Assembly (NCBI RefSeq): GCF_004765795.1
Contig: NZ_SBIV01000005.1
Coordinates: forward strand, 248,001 to 310,881
Reading direction: 5' to 3'
DNA: 62,881 bases
DNA from: Halorussus marinus
GTDB taxonomy: Archaea > Halobacteriota > Halobacteria > Halobacteriales > Haladaptataceae
In this document: positions 28,944 through 38,696 of the stretch, in pieces
How positions within the stretch are numbered: position 1 is the first letter of the stretch
Layout of the letters: each line of letters begins with the position of its first letter
The notes under the pieces: model-generated
Told to the model about the DNA's origin: nothing
The model's input: only the letters and a program-made list of their open reading frames with translations
Database searches by the model: none
Made by a program: the position numbers and the translations under genes

Positions 28944-29177
28944 TCAGTGCTGGTGGGTGAACAGCAACACGTCGTCGTCGGCGGTCGTCACGCAGAGGTC
29001 GAGCACCTGACTCAGTTCGAGGCTGTCGTACTCGCCCTCGCAGACGACCAGATCGTCGAACGGCTCCTCGCAGGCCGGACACGCGATGCTGACCGTGTTC
29101 CGGTACGTGTTCACGGTGTCGGCCGACTCGTGGGGCGTCAGCGACGAGAGCAACTCGTCGAGCTCGCTCCGGTTCAT
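28944..29177 (-). CDS. 77-aa Cys-containing small protein (CPAC motif)
   Basis: ATG at 29177; YRNTVSIACPACEEPFDDLVVC...DLCV...LLFTH. Confidence 0.7.
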   Translation of the reverse strand: MNRSELDELLSSLTPHESADTVNTYRNTVSIACPACEEPFDDLVVCEGEYDSLELSQVLDLCVTTADDDVLLFTHQH

Positions 29178-29283
29178 GGCTCGCGATTGCGATTGGGCGG
29201 CGTCCGGATAACTGTATCGCTCGAACACCCCGAGCCCGGCCCCGCGGTCGGCCGTCCGGCGCGCGACGGCGCCGGTCGCGGAG

Positions 29284-32200
29284 TCACTCCGCGACGGCCT
29301 CGGCGACCTTCTCGATCGGGTGGGGCGGCTCGGGGGCGTCGCCATCCCGGTCGCCGAGCTGGGTCCGACACGACGCGCCGGGCGCGACCACCACGTCGCC
29401 GTCGCTGTCCTCGACCTGCTCGAACAGGATCTCGCCGATGGCCTCGCTCATCGAGAAGTGTTCGGCCTCGTAGCCGAAGCTCCCGGCCATCCCGCAACAC
29501 CCCGAGTCCAGCGGGTCCACCTCGTAGCCCGCCCGCCGGAGGACCCCGACCGCGTGGTGGTCTTTCTTGGTCGCCTTCTGGTGGCAGTGACCGTGGTAGG
29601 AAAGCGACTCGCCGGGGGCCTCGAACGCGGCGTTCTCGTCGAGCCCGAACGCGTCGAGATACTCACAGACGCCGTACGCGCTGGCGGCGACGGCGTCGAG
29701 GTCCGACCCCGAGACCGCGGGGTCGTCGCCGAGCAGGTCGAAGTAGTCCGACTGGAACATCACGGCGTCGGAGGGCTCGGCGACGACCACGTCCCAGCCG
29801 TCCGCGACGCGGGGCGCGAGCGCGGCGACGTTCTCGCGGGCGGTCTCGCGCGCCCGGTCGAGGAGGCTCTTCGAGAACGCGGGGCGACCGCTATCGGTGA
29901 CGTCGTCGGGGACGCGGACGTGGACGTTCGCGGCTTCGAGCGCCCTGACCGCCGCCTTCCCGACCTCGGGGTGGCTGTAGTTGGTGTAGGGGTCGGCGAC
30001 GAGCAGCGCCTTCCGGTCGGCCGCCTCGGGGTCGACCCGCGGGCCGCGGTCGGCGAACCACTCGCGGAACGTCTCGCGCTCGAACGACGGGAGCGTCCGG
30101 TCGCGCGCGATGCCCACCGTCTTCTCGACGAGCGTCCGGGCGCCCGGGAGCTTCGTCGCCCAGTTCGAGAGGGGCGCGAACGCGCTCCCCAGCGACAGCA
30201 GCGTCTCGGGGTCGCCGAACAGCCGGTCGCGGATCGAGACGCCGTCCCGGCGGTGGTTCTCGTGTTCGATCTCGGCTTTGAGCTTCGCCATGTCGACCCC
30301 GCTCGGACAGTCGTGTTTACAGCCCTTACAGCCGATGCAGAGGTCCAGCACCTCGTCGGCGAACTCCTCGGAGAACAGTTCCTCGTCGGGCAGGTCGCCG
30401 GTCATCGCGCGCCGGAGCATGTTCGCCCGGCCCCGGGTCGAGGTGATCTCCTCGTCGGCGGCCCGGTAAGTCGGACACATCACGCCGCCGGTGGTCTCCT
30501 GCTCGCCCCGACAGCCCGCACAGCCGTGACAGAGCTCGACCATCCCCTGAAAGCCGTTCTCGTTGTCCCAGTCGAGCGCCGGGTCGAACGGCGCGTCGAA
30601 CTCGTAGTCGGGGTCGAATCGCAGATTCTCGGTCATGTCGACGTCGCCACACACCTGCCCGGGGTTGAGAAGCCAGTCGGGGTCGAACGCGGTCTTGAGA
30701 TCGCGGAACGACTGCCAGAGGCGCTCGCCGTAGAGCTTGCGGTTCCACTGGGTCCGGGCGCGGCCGTCGCCGTGCTCGCCCGAGACGCTCCCGTCGTATT
30801 TCACCACGAGGTCGGTCACCGCGTCGGCGATCGAGCGCATCGTCTCGACCCCGTCGTCGGTCTTGGTGTTGACCAGCGGTCGGATGTGGAGCACGCCCGG
30901 CCCGGCGTGGGCGTAGTAGCTCGCGAACGTGTCGTGGTCGTCGAGGATTCCCTGAAACTCCGCGACGTACTCCGGGAGGTTCTCGGGCGGGATCGCGGTG
31001 TCTTCGAGGAACGCGAAGTGCTTCTCGTCGCCGGTCCGGGACAGCAGGATGGGGAGCCCGGACTTGCGCATCTTCCAGAAGCGGGCGCGCTCGTCGTCGG
31101 CGTGGGCCTCCATCGCCGCGACCGCCCGCCGGGCCGCGTCGGTGGTCGCCGCCGCGCCGTCGCTCGGGGCGGCCGCGGTGGTCGCGTCCGGCACCCGATC
31201 GGCGACGAGGTCCGCGACCTGCTCGCGGCCGTGGGCGTCGTCCTCGGCGTAGAACTCCACGAGCAACACCGAGTCGGTCCCGTCGGGGAGCATCGCGACC
31301 ACGTCCGCGAACTCGTCGGTCTCGGCCGCGAGGTCGAGCAACACGTCGTCCATCACCTCGACGGCCGCCGGGTCGTGTTCGAGGATCGGGGCGACGTCCT
31401 CCATCGCGTCGATCACGTCGTCGTAGGCGAGGAGCGCGACCGCCTTGGTCTCGGGGACGGGTTCGAGCGAGACCGTCGCCTCGGTGACGATTCCGAGGGT
31501 GCCCTCGCTCCCGGCGAGCAGTTTGGCGAGGTTGATCGAGCCACCGTCGCTCGCGGCGCCACCGCTCGCACGTTCCGAGCCGCGCTGGGCCTCGCGGGCC
31601 TCCTCGACGAGCACGTCGAGGTTGTACCCCGAGACGTTGCGCTTCATGTCGGGGAACCGGGCCTCGATCTCGTCGGCCTCCTCGTCGATGAGACGGACGA
31701 GTTCGGCGTAGATGCGGGCTTCGAGGTCCACGGCCTCCGGGTCGGCCCGGGCTCGGAGTTCGTCGAGCGAGACCTCGCCGAACGTCGTCACGGTGCCGTC
31801 CGCCAAGACGACCTCGCACGACTCGACGTACGCGTCGGTCTTGCCGTACTTCAGCGAGTGAGCCCCCGTCGAGTTGTTCCCGATCGCGCCGCCGAGGACG
31901 CTCTTGTCGCCCCACGCCGGGTCGGGCGCGAACTTCAGGCCGTCGGGTGCGAGCGCGGCGTTGAGTTCGCCGAGCGTGATGCCCGGCTGGGCGACCGCGA
32001 GCGCCTCGTCGGGGTCGAACGAGACCAGCCCGTCCATGTGGCGGGTGAAATCGAGCACGACCGCCTCGTTGACGGTCTGGCCCGCGAGGCTGGTGCCCCC
32101 GCCCCGCGGGAGGACCGGTATCTCCCGCTCGGCGCAGTAGGTCATCACCGCGGCCACGTCGTCGGTCGAGGTCGGGAACACGACGCCGATCGGAGTCTGC

Positions 32201-32376
32201 TCGTAGATGCTGGCGTCGGTCGCGTACAGCTGGCGGGTGTACGAATCGAAGCGCACGTCGCCCGCCACGCGGGCGTCGAGATCCGAGACCAAGCCGGGGC
32301 GATCGACGTCGTCGCTACGGTAGTCGTAGTCCCCGCCGTCTGCGGGGTCGCGGGAGCCGGTCGGTCTGCTGGCCAT
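29284..32376 (-). CDS. FAD-binding and Fe-S 2-hydroxyacid oxidoreductase (Dld-II/D-lactate dehydrogenase-like)
   Basis: PRGGGTSLAGQ, GSEGTLG, SGEHGDG, CxxCxxC ferredoxin motifs, CCGMAGSFGY; next to lactate permease. Confidence 0.85.
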   Translation of the reverse strand: MASRPTGSRDPADGGDYDYRSDDVDRPGLVSDLDARVAGDVRFDSYTRQLYATDASIYEQTPIGVVFPTSTDDVAAVMTYCAEREIPVLPRGGGTSLAGQTVNEAVVLDFTRHMDGLVSFDPDEALAVAQPGITLGELNAALAPDGLKFAPDPAWGDKSVLGGAIGNNSTGAHSLKYGKTDAYVESCEVVLADGTVTTFGEVSLDELRARADPEAVDLEARIYAELVRLIDEEADEIEARFPDMKRNVSGYNLDVLVEEAREAQRGSERASGGAASDGGSINLAKLLAGSEGTLGIVTEATVSLEPVPETKAVALLAYDDVIDAMEDVAPILEHDPAAVEVMDDVLLDLAAETDEFADVVAMLPDGTDSVLLVEFYAEDDAHGREQVADLVADRVPDATTAAAPSDGAAATTDAARRAVAAMEAHADDERARFWKMRKSGLPILLSRTGDEKHFAFLEDTAIPPENLPEYVAEFQGILDDHDTFASYYAHAGPGVLHIRPLVNTKTDDGVETMRSIADAVTDLVVKYDGSVSGEHGDGRARTQWNRKLYGERLWQSFRDLKTAFDPDWLLNPGQVCGDVDMTENLRFDPDYEFDAPFDPALDWDNENGFQGMVELCHGCAGCRGEQETTGGVMCPTYRAADEEITSTRGRANMLRRAMTGDLPDEELFSEEFADEVLDLCIGCKGCKHDCPSGVDMAKLKAEIEHENHRRDGVSIRDRLFGDPETLLSLGSAFAPLSNWATKLPGARTLVEKTVGIARDRTLPSFERETFREWFADRGPRVDPEAADRKALLVADPYTNYSHPEVGKAAVRALEAANVHVRVPDDVTDSGRPAFSKSLLDRARETARENVAALAPRVADGWDVVVAEPSDAVMFQSDYFDLLGDDPAVSGSDLDAVAASAYGVCEYLDAFGLDENAAFEAPGESLSYHGHCHQKATKKDHHAVGVLRRAGYEVDPLDSGCCGMAGSFGYEAEHFSMSEAIGEILFEQVEDSDGDVVVAPGASCRTQLGDRDGDAPEPPHPIEKVAEAVAE

Positions 32377-32463
32377 GTCGGAGTATTGGGAGTTGAGAGG
32401 GATAAAACGCCGCGATCCCGAACCGGTTTGCCGGCTCGGGGCCGGCGACGAGGGCCGGCGGGC

Positions 32464-34161
32464 TCAGAACAGCCCCGGAACGAGCACGTAGGCGAACGCC
32501 ATCCCGAGCAGGCCGGCGACCACCGCGAAGATCGCGGTCGGGACGACGGTCTTGCGGAGCATGTCGCCCTCCCGGCCCGTGATACCGACGACCCCGCAGA
32601 TCGCGGCGACGTTCAGCACCGACACCATGTTACCGATGCCGCCGCCGACGTTCTGGAGCGCGACGACGACGACCCGCGAGATGCCCACGTCGCCCGCGGC
32701 GTCGAACTGGAGCGCGCTGAACAGGATGTCCGAGGAGGTGTTGCTCCCGGTCATGAACGATCCGAGCGCGCCGATCCACGGCGAGACCATCGGCAGGAGT
32801 TCGCCCGCGCCCAGCGCGAGCACCCGCGAGAGCGCCTCCATCATCCCGATCACGCCCTTGGGGTTGGTCGCCGACTGAATCATGACCTGGCTCATCGACA
32901 CCGCGACCACGAGCGTGACCGCCGCCGAGGAGACCTGCGAGATGGAGTCGCGCCACGCGTCGACCATCTCGTCGGCGTCCATCCGGTGAAGCGCCCCGGT
33001 CAGGATCGCGACCGGGATGAACGGCATCGTCCCCGGCAGGTAGAGATACCGGATCGAGAACGAGAGCTCGGTGCCGAGGATGCTGTCGATCCCGACCGTG
33101 TACTGCTGGATGGCGTCGAGCAGGCCGAGGCCGGGCCACCGCGTGACGAGCAGGACCCCCGCCACGAGCAGGTAGGGCGTCCACGCGAGCACCACCGACA
33201 TCTCCTTGCGCGGGCTGTCGGTCTGTATCTCGTCGAGGTCGAGGCCGCCGCGCCACGAGTCGGTCCACGACTCCTCGTCGGGGAACTCCCAGTCGTCGTC
33301 GGGCACCAGCACTCCGCGGTTGGCCATGAGCACCCCGACGCCGAGCGCGACGAACCCGGAGGCGATGTCGGGCAGTGCCGGGCCGAGGAACCACGCGACC
33401 GCGGCCTGCGAGACGCCCGCGACGACGCCGAGCACGAGCGCGAACGGCACCGCCGGGAGCGCGACTCGGAGCGCGCCCGCGAACGAGCGCTCGTCCTCGT
33501 CGCCGAACCAGTAGCCGAGCAACACGACCGCGAGAACGCCCCAGAACGCGAAGGTGAGCCCGGTGACGACGCCGGTCCACGCAGACACCAGATTCAGAAA
33601 CTCGATCTGGGACATCCCGGCCGGGAGCGACTCCGCGCCGATGACCGACCCGACGCCGCCGAGGACGGGGGTCCCCGCGGCGCCGAACGGCGGACTCGGG
33701 GCGTTGAACAGCAGGCCGAACACCGCGGCGGCCAGCGGCGGGAAGCCCAGACCGATGAACAGCGGCGCGGCCAGCGCGCCGGGCGTCCCGAAGCCCGCCG
33801 CGCCCTCGATGATCGTCTCGAAGCCGATCCCGATCAGGAGCAACTGGATGCGGCGGTCCTCGGCGATCTGGGTGAAGTACCACCTGATCGTCGAGATGGC
33901 CCCGCTCCCGTCGAGGTAGTTCATCAGGAGTATCGCCCCGAAGACGATGAGGATGATGCTGACCGCCTGGAGCGCGCCGTAGATCGCCGACGCGGCCCAC
34001 CACGTCGGCTCCATCCCCCAGAGGGTCAGACCCAGTACCGTCGCGAGCACCCATCCGACGCCCATCGCCCGGGCCGCCGACCACCTGAGGCCGACGAGCA
34101 GGGCGAACGCGGCACCGATGGGCACTGCTCCAGCGAGCGCGAGCACAGCGACGCTTACCAT
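32464..34161 (-). CDS. lctP: L-lactate permease (LctP/LldP family)
   Basis: IEGAAGFGTP, FGAAGTP, GSFMTGSNTSS, NVGGGIGNM; about 13 TM. Confidence 0.9.
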   Translation of the reverse strand: MVSVAVLALAGAVPIGAAFALLVGLRWSAARAMGVGWVLATVLGLTLWGMEPTWWAASAIYGALQAVSIILIVFGAILLMNYLDGSGAISTIRWYFTQIAEDRRIQLLLIGIGFETIIEGAAGFGTPGALAAPLFIGLGFPPLAAAVFGLLFNAPSPPFGAAGTPVLGGVGSVIGAESLPAGMSQIEFLNLVSAWTGVVTGLTFAFWGVLAVVLLGYWFGDEDERSFAGALRVALPAVPFALVLGVVAGVSQAAVAWFLGPALPDIASGFVALGVGVLMANRGVLVPDDDWEFPDEESWTDSWRGGLDLDEIQTDSPRKEMSVVLAWTPYLLVAGVLLVTRWPGLGLLDAIQQYTVGIDSILGTELSFSIRYLYLPGTMPFIPVAILTGALHRMDADEMVDAWRDSISQVSSAAVTLVVAVSMSQVMIQSATNPKGVIGMMEALSRVLALGAGELLPMVSPWIGALGSFMTGSNTSSDILFSALQFDAAGDVGISRVVVVALQNVGGGIGNMVSVLNVAAICGVVGITGREGDMLRKTVVPTAIFAVVAGLLGMAFAYVLVPGLF

Positions 34162-34227
34162 TGGCGTGCCTCCATGTTTTAACCGATCGATAATGTCGGT
34201 AAGTAACTTTCTACATAAAGCTAATTA

Positions 34228-34241
34228 AAAATAATTATTTT
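34228..34241. promoter_or_regulatory. AT-only 14-bp palindrome AAAATAATTATTTT in the divergent lctP/lutC promoter region
   Basis: Perfect palindrome within an AT-rich island between divergent genes. Confidence 0.4.
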
Positions 34242-34334
34242 CCCGGAGCGTTCCTGCCGTTCGAGCCGTCGAGCCGCCGACGAGGGGCGGTCGGTGACAC
34301 AATACCTAATTGGATCCCCTCACAAGATCCGGCC

Positions 34335-34844
34335 ATGAGCGCGAAGGCGACCGACGAGTTCGAGGAATCGCTGGAGGGACTCGGGGTGACGTGGTCGCGG
34401 ACGACGGCCGCGGCCTTCGAGGCGACGCTCGCGGACGCCGTCACCGGGCCGGCGGTCGGTGTCGGCCTCCCGTTCGAGGGCGTCTCGCTGGCCGGGACCG
34501 ACGTGACCAGCGACCCGACGCCGGCCGAACTCGACGCGGCCGCGACGGGCGTGACCGCCGCCGAGTTCGCCATCGCCGACTACGGGTCGGTCGTCCTGCG
34601 ACCGGACGCGCCCGGCACCGAGCCGGTCGCACTCTACCCCGAGCGCCACGTCGCGGTGCTCGCCGAGAGCGACGTAGTGCCCGACATGGAGACCGCCTTC
34701 GGGCGGCTCGCCGACGCGATGACCGACGAGGCCGGCGACGCCATCATCGCGACCGGGCCGAGCGCGACCGCCGACATGGGCTCGCTCGTGAAGGGCGCCC
34801 ACGGGCCGAAAGACGTCCACGTCGTCGTGCTGGAGGACCGATGA
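34335..34844 (+). CDS. lutC: LUD-domain protein, LutC/LldG-like
   Basis: GVTAAEFAIADYGSV, TGPSATADM, GAHGP; overlaps lutB start. Confidence 0.85.
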   Translation: MSAKATDEFEESLEGLGVTWSRTTAAAFEATLADAVTGPAVGVGLPFEGVSLAGTDVTSDPTPAELDAAATGVTAAEFAIADYGSVVLRPDAPGTEPVALYPERHVAVLAESDVVPDMETAFGRLADAMTDEAGDAIIATGPSATADMGSLVKGAHGPKDVHVVVLEDR

Positions 34845-37051
34845 GCTCCGAGTCACGGGCGGCCAAGGCCGCGAAGATCCGCCAGACCCTCGCCGCGGAG
34901 GGCGAGGCGGTCGCCGCGAACACCAAGGGGTTCAACGAGGGCCGGTACGAGTCGGTCGGGGGCCTCGACGACTACGAGGGGCTGAAAGAGCGAGCGCGGG
35001 CGATCAAGGAGGACGCCATCGAACGGCTCCCGGAGCTGATCGAGCAGGTCCGAGCGAGCGTCGAGGCCAACGGCGGGACGGTCTACCTCGCCGACGACGC
35101 CGCGGACGCCAACCGCTACATCGCGGAGGTCGTCGCGGACCGCGACGCCGACACGCTGGTCAAGAGCAAGTCGATGACCACCGAGGAGATCGAGGTCAAC
35201 GACCACCTCGAGGCGAGGGGGACCGACGTCTGGGAGACCGACCTCGGGGAGTTCGTCCTTCAAGTCGCCGACGAGGCCCCGAGCCACATCGTCGCGCCCG
35301 CCATCCACAAGTCCCGGGAGGGGATCGCCGAGCTGTTCAACGCCCACTTCGAGCCCGACGAGCCCCTCGAAACCGCCGAGGAGCTGACCCAGTTCGCCCG
35401 CGAGTACCTCGGCGAGCGCATCGAGGAGGCCGAGGTCGGGATGACCGGCGCGAACTTCGTCGCGGCCGACACCGGCACCCTCGCGCTCGTCACGAGCGAG
35501 GGCAACGCCCGCAAGACCGTTCAGGCGACCGACACCCACGTCGCGGTCGCGGGCGTCGAGAAGCTGGTGCCGAACCTCCGGGACCTCCACCCGTTCGTCG
35601 AACTCATCGGCCGGTCGGGGACCGGCCAGGACATCACCTCCTACATCTCGCTGTTCTCGCCGCCCGGCGAGTCGCCGACCGTCGAGTTCGACGGCGAGGC
35701 GCCCCTCTCCGAGCAGGACGCCGACCGGGAGTTCCACCTCGTGTTGCTCGACAACGGCCGGATGGCGATGCGCGAGGACGACCAGCTCCGCGAGACGCTG
35801 TACTGCATCCGGTGTAGCGCCTGTGCGAACTCGTGTGCGAACTTCCAGCAGGTCGGCGGCCACGCCTTCGGCGGCGAGACCTACTCGGGCGGCATCGCCA
35901 CCGGGTGGGAGGCCGGCGTCCACGGCGAGGACAGCGCCAGCGAGTTCAACGACCTCTGTACGGGCTGTTCGCGCTGTGTGAACCAGTGTCCGGTGAAGAT
36001 CGACATCCCGTGGATCAACACGGTGGTGCGCGACCGGCTCAACCGCGAGGGCGCCCCCAGCGAGTTCGAGTTCCTCGTCGACGGGCTCTCGCCCGACGCG
36101 GAGCCGTCGGGGCTGGACATCCAGAAGCGCTTTTTCGGCAACTTCGGCACCCTCGCGAAGCTCGGGAGCGCGACCGCGCCGCTCTCGAACTGGCTGGCGA
36201 GCGCCGACGCCTCGCGTCGGCTGTTAGAGCGGTTCGTCGGGATCGACAGCCGGCGCGAGCTCCCGTCGTTCGAGCGCGAGACGCTCGTCGAGTGGTTCGC
36301 CGACCGCGGCCCGCGGGTCGGCCCCGAGGCGGCCGACCGGGAGGCGGTGCTGTACCCCGACGTGTACACCAACCACATCCAGACCGAGCGCGGGAAGGCC
36401 GCGGTCCGGACCCTGGAGGCGCTGGGCGTCCGGGTCCGGGTGCCAGAAGCCCCCGAGAGCGGGCGCGCACCGCTCTCGCAGGGGATGGTCGCGACCGCCG
36501 ACGAGCTGGCGAGCGAGACCTACGCGGCGCTTGCCGAGCACGTCGACGCGGGTCGGGACGTCGTGGTGATCGAGCCGAGCGACCTCGCGATGTTCCACCG
36601 CGAGTACGAGCGACTGCTCCCCGAGGCCGCCCACGAGCGACTCGCCGACGCCAGCTACGAGGTGATGGAGTACGTCTACGGCCTGCTGGAGAACGGCGCG
36701 CCCGGCGACGCGCTGGCGGGCGGGGACGGCGAGCGAGTCGCCTACCACAGCCACTGCCAGCAGCGCACCCTCGGGCTGGCGGGCCACACCGAAGCGGTGC
36801 TGGAGGCGCTCGACTACGACGTGCTCACCTCCGACGTGGAGTGTTGCGGGATGGCCGGGAGCTTCGGCTACAAGTCCGAATACTACGATCTGAGCCGGGC
36901 GGTCGGCGAGGACCTCGGCGAGCAGTTCCGCGAGCCAGACGCCCGCGACCGGACGGTGGTCGCCAGCGGCACCTCGTGTCTCGAACAGCTCGACTCGCTG
37001 CTCTCGCGACCGTCGCGCCACCCCGTCCAGCTCGTCGACCCCGGACGGTGA
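34841..37051 (+). CDS. lutB: LutB/LldF-like lactate oxidation Fe-S protein fused to C-terminal CCG domains
   Basis: ATG at 34841; KSKSMTTEEI, ETDLGE, PSHIVAPAIH, SEGN, CIRCSACANSC, CTGCSRCVNQCP, then HSHCQQ and CCGMAGSFGY. Confidence 0.85.
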   Translation: MSSESRAAKAAKIRQTLAAEGEAVAANTKGFNEGRYESVGGLDDYEGLKERARAIKEDAIERLPELIEQVRASVEANGGTVYLADDAADANRYIAEVVADRDADTLVKSKSMTTEEIEVNDHLEARGTDVWETDLGEFVLQVADEAPSHIVAPAIHKSREGIAELFNAHFEPDEPLETAEELTQFAREYLGERIEEAEVGMTGANFVAADTGTLALVTSEGNARKTVQATDTHVAVAGVEKLVPNLRDLHPFVELIGRSGTGQDITSYISLFSPPGESPTVEFDGEAPLSEQDADREFHLVLLDNGRMAMREDDQLRETLYCIRCSACANSCANFQQVGGHAFGGETYSGGIATGWEAGVHGEDSASEFNDLCTGCSRCVNQCPVKIDIPWINTVVRDRLNREGAPSEFEFLVDGLSPDAEPSGLDIQKRFFGNFGTLAKLGSATAPLSNWLASADASRRLLERFVGIDSRRELPSFERETLVEWFADRGPRVGPEAADREAVLYPDVYTNHIQTERGKAAVRTLEALGVRVRVPEAPESGRAPLSQGMVATADELASETYAALAEHVDAGRDVVVIEPSDLAMFHREYERLLPEAAHERLADASYEVMEYVYGLLENGAPGDALAGGDGERVAYHSHCQQRTLGLAGHTEAVLEALDYDVLTSDVECCGMAGSFGYKSEYYDLSRAVGEDLGEQFREPDARDRTVVASGTSCLEQLDSLLSRPSRHPVQLVDPGR

Positions 37052-37081
37052 GCGGCCCCGGGTCGGAGGAGTTCGGCGCGC

Positions 37082-37201
37082 TCACTCGGAGGCCCACGCG
37101 TCGCGAGGTCGACGAACGACCAGCACCTCGACGAGCGCGTCCGGAACGCTCTCGCCTTCGAGAACCGCAACCGGAACGACCGCTTTGAGGGGCGGTCTCA
37201 T
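37082..37201 (-). pseudogene. 39-codon relic of a universal stress protein (N- and C-termini fused by internal deletion)
   Basis: MRPPLKAVVPVAVLEGESVPDALVE|VLVVRRPRDAWASE*; USP-like first strand and VLVVR terminal strand; directly downstream of an APC permease. Confidence 0.55.
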
Positions 37202-37215
37202 TACTCACAGTCCGC

Positions 37216-38583
37216 TCACATCTCCGGAGGCGAGCCGTATACGTAGTACCACGCGGTTCCGAAGCCGGTGACGGCGAGGCCGACGACCTGCGAGAGGGGC
37301 TGCATGAACGCCAGCAGTCCGGCGCTCGCGACCGCACCGCCGATCGAAACCCACGGGGTCGCCGGACACCGAAACGTCGGCTCGTACCACGCCGGGTCCG
37401 AGCGCCGCAGGCGGATCTGGGTCACGCACATCAGCCCGTACATCAGGAGGTGGAGAAAGGACGCCACCTCCGCGAGCGTCTCGATGGGGCCGACGACGAC
37501 CAGCGCGACGGCGAGCCCGCCGACGAGCGACAGCGCGAAGTGGGGCGTGCCGTACCGCTGGCTCACGCGGGCGGTTCGCTCGGGCGCGAGTCCGTCCCGG
37601 CTGAGCGCGTGGACGGTCCGCGAACCGCTCAACAGCGAGGCGTTCGCGCTCGAAAGCGTCGCGAGAAACCCCGCGACCAGCGCCGCGATCGCGCCGACCG
37701 GCCCCAGATACGCGCGGGCGATCTCGGCGGTCGCGGTCTCGCCCAGTTCGACGAGCGCGGCCGGTTCGAAGGTGCTGGCCGCGACGAACACGGTGACGAC
37801 GTACAGCGCCCCTACGAACAGGACCGAACCCACCAGCGCCACCGGGAGGGTCCGGTCGGGCTCGACGATTTCGCCCGCGACCGTGGCGATCTGCGCGAAC
37901 CCGAGATACGAGGTGAACACCAGCGCGGCCGTCGAGAACACCGCCCCGTAGCCGTACGGGACGAACTCCTCCGGAACCCGGGAGCCGCCCAGGAGTCCGA
38001 ACACGTCGAGCGCGCTCCGAGCCAGAACGACGAGCAGGATCGCCACCAGTAGTCCGACGAGGGCGTTCTGGAGCGATTCGGCGTTCTCGGTTCCCACGAT
38101 CCCCAGCGCCGTGAGCGCGAGTCCGGCCCCGATGGCGAGCGCGTAGACGTCCGAGAGCGGTCCGATCGCCGCCGGGATCGCCACCCGAAGGCCAGCCTCC
38201 GCGAGCGCCGCCACCGCGTACTCGCCGAACCCGACTAGATAGAACGCCGCGGCGAACACGAGTCCGAAAGTCAGCGAGACGCCGACCGTCCCCCCGAAGA
38301 CGCCGCCGAGCCCGCGGGAGACGAAGTAGTAGCCGCCGCCGCTCTCGGGCATCGCGGTCGCCAACTCGGCCGTCGGGAGCGCGACGAGGAGCGCGACGCC
38401 CGCCCCGATGGCGAACGAGACGGTCGCCGCGGGGCCGGCCCGACCGGCGGCCAGCCCCGGGAAGACGAAGATTCCCGCCCCGATCATCGTCCCGACGCCG
38501 ATGGTGATCGCGCCGGGGAGACCGATGGTGCGTTCGAGCTCCGACGCGCCGTCGACCGCCTCTGGGTCGTCGCTACCGCTCAT
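37216..38583 (-). CDS. APC-family amino acid permease
   Basis: GTMIGAGIF, AELATAMPESGGGYYF, SYLGFAQIATVAGEI, SR..HALSRD, TPH; 12 TM. Confidence 0.9.
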   Translation of the reverse strand: MSGSDDPEAVDGASELERTIGLPGAITIGVGTMIGAGIFVFPGLAAGRAGPAATVSFAIGAGVALLVALPTAELATAMPESGGGYYFVSRGLGGVFGGTVGVSLTFGLVFAAAFYLVGFGEYAVAALAEAGLRVAIPAAIGPLSDVYALAIGAGLALTALGIVGTENAESLQNALVGLLVAILLVVLARSALDVFGLLGGSRVPEEFVPYGYGAVFSTAALVFTSYLGFAQIATVAGEIVEPDRTLPVALVGSVLFVGALYVVTVFVAASTFEPAALVELGETATAEIARAYLGPVGAIAALVAGFLATLSSANASLLSGSRTVHALSRDGLAPERTARVSQRYGTPHFALSLVGGLAVALVVVGPIETLAEVASFLHLLMYGLMCVTQIRLRRSDPAWYEPTFRCPATPWVSIGGAVASAGLLAFMQPLSQVVGLAVTGFGTAWYYVYGSPPEM

Positions 38584-38696
38584 CCAGCACACGTATCGGG
38601 AGAGCGGGGCTTAGAATCCCCGGTCGTGGGAGCCGGCGGCCCCGCCGCGGCTCGGCTCGCGGTGGCTTTTTTTCGGCCGCCGGACAAGCCCGGGCC

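Noticed and set aside
29320..34182. 1620-aa plus-strand ORF and many other long antisense or alternative-frame ORFs
   Set aside because: They are shadows of real genes on the opposite strand. High GC3 suppresses stop codons, and the translations are Arg/Gly/Pro-rich with no motifs.
38640..38675. GC hairpin plus T7 resembling a terminator
   Set aside because: It lies between divergent genes about 25 nt before the GNAT ATG, so it fits a TATA-position element better.
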